A DNA stretch of 64,000 nucleotides from an uncultured Myxococcales bacterium (lineage in GTDB: Bacteria; Myxococcota; Kuafuiibacteriia; Kuafuiibacteriales; Kuafuiibacteriaceae), in NCBI GenBank assembly GCA_964463485.1, contig CAYXDO010000014.1:34063-98062 (forward strand), given 5' to 3'. Below, piece after piece: positions 63,076 to 64,000 of the stretch. The notes under the pieces were generated by a model. It worked only from the letters and a program-made list of their open reading frames with translations, was not told the origin of the DNA and did no database searches. The stretch's first letter is position 1; the number at the start of each line of letters is the position of its first letter. The translations under genes and the position numbers were made by a program.

Positions 63076-64000
63076 GTGAGAGTTGCCGTGATCGGCGCCG
63101 GCATCTCGGGGCTGACGTGTGCGTACCGTCTCCAACAGGGTGGGTGTGAGATCGACGTTTTCGAGGCGGAGACTCATCCAGGTGGTCGTATGTGGTCGAT
63201 TCGAGCAAATGGGTTCGACATCGACCTAGGAACCGCGATGCTGCTTGGGTGCTACGACCGTTGTAGAGCGCTGAGTGCGGAGCTCGGACTGGAAGATCGC
63301 TGGTATCCGCTCGAGGCATCGGGGCATGGCGGGGTGTTGCACGGGAGCGAAGTCACGCCGTTCTCGCCCGCCCGGGCCTTCGACGTGCTTCGCTATCAGG
63401 GGCTCCATCTGAGCGGACGCATCAGGTTGTTCCTCGCGCTCCTCGAGGCCTGGAAAGGGCGACACGAGGTCGATTTCTTCGATCTATCGGTGGGTGACTC
63501 GAGTCTGGACGAGGAGGACTGCGACAGCTTTGCTCGGCGGAGGTTGGGGGACGAAGCGACGGACTACGTGGTGGACAGCTTCATTCGTACGTTTCATTTC
63601 CACGGCGCCAAGCGGATGAGTGCGAAGTACTTCGAAGCGCTCGCCGCGCTCCTGGTCTCACGGGGTGAGTTTCAGCTGTTCGGCCTCCGCGGCTCGATGT
63701 TGGCGCTCCCGTCGGCGCTCGCGGCCCGGCTGAATGTGTCGTATCAAACGCCAGCGTCCGTAAGCGGGACGACCGTGACCTCCAGGCTCGGCGTCGAGAC
63801 CTACGATTCTGTCGTGCTCGCTACGTCCGCAGGCCGGGCGCGGGCGACTCTGAGTTTGGACTCGTCACCCCAACGCGCGCTGCTCGAGCGCGTCGAGTAC
63901 TCATCGACGATCCTATGTTCCTTCGCGGTTCCGCGCGAGATCGCAGGGGATTTCGAAGGGATCTGGGTTCCGTTTCGGGAGAGCCGAATCGTGTCTGGTT
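63076..64000 (+). CDS. FAD-dependent oxidoreductase (protoporphyrinogen/amine-oxidase/phytoene-desaturase family), 3'-partial
   Basis: GTG start giving MRVAVIGAGISGLTCAYRL (Rossmann GxGxxG dinucleotide-binding motif) ...HPGGR. Frame open to the window end with high GC3. Confidence 0.65.
   Translation, partial: MRVAVIGAGISGLTCAYRLQQGGCEIDVFEAETHPGGRMWSIRANGFDIDLGTAMLLGCYDRCRALSAELGLEDRWYPLEASGHGGVLHGSEVTPFSPARAFDVLRYQGLHLSGRIRLFLALLEAWKGRHEVDFFDLSVGDSSLDEEDCDSFARRRLGDEATDYVVDSFIRTFHFHGAKRMSAKYFEALAALLVSRGEFQLFGLRGSMLALPSALAARLNVSYQTPASVSGTTVTSRLGVETYDSVVLATSAGRARATLSLDSSPQRALLERVEYSSTILCSFAVPREIAGDFEGIWVPFRESRIVSG

Overview
This is a high-GC bacterial chromosome segment, almost certainly myxobacterial (Myxococcota). 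The inference rests on three TIGR02232-type Cys-rich repeats (CDDGNTxxGDGCSxxC), several eukaryote-like Ser/Thr kinases, FHA, PilZ and DUF4388 domains, sigma-54 activators, and frequent ATGA/GTGA start-stop overlaps. About 38 genes can be supported, mostly signalling, membrane transport and housekeeping: MscS-like channel, CPA2 antiporter-Usp, GlmS, MgtE, NtrC-like regulator, CDF transporter, histidine kinase, vWA lipoprotein, RlmI-like methyltransferase, hydrolases, and a TPR / FeS-cNMP / MBL operon. The outstanding structure is a 14.2-kb insert (7284-21502) bracketed by two 100 % identical 2052-bp direct repeats (5232-7283 and 21503-23554). Each repeat is the 3' two-thirds of glmS; the right copy belongs to an intact 835-aa glmS, the left copy is a 5'-truncated pseudogene. 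The insert carries a translationally coupled three-gene operon (9654-18987): (A) a sigma-54-activator-like AAA+ protein with degenerate Walker A/B and no GAFTGA; (B) a 1901-aa fusion of a STAND-type P-loop NTPase, a helical/TPR region, a fully degenerate Ser/Thr pseudokinase and a C-terminal Upf1-like SF1 helicase; (C) a 707-aa protein of unknown fold. This looks like a candidate undescribed defence or signalling system, with domain logic reminiscent of Avs/STAND and Mokosh-MkoA-type helicase systems but unlike any described system I can recall. The insert also encodes a Cys-rich-repeat protein and a lipoprotein. Other oddities are several short tandem DNA repeats (13-bp x6, 14-bp x6, a 21-bp duplication across the mgtE stop, and 24-bp/18-bp in-frame coding repeats) and large low-complexity protein tracts (RG-rich, DE-rich, AE-rich coiled coil). 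No rRNA, tRNA, CRISPR array, integrase or transposase was recognised.
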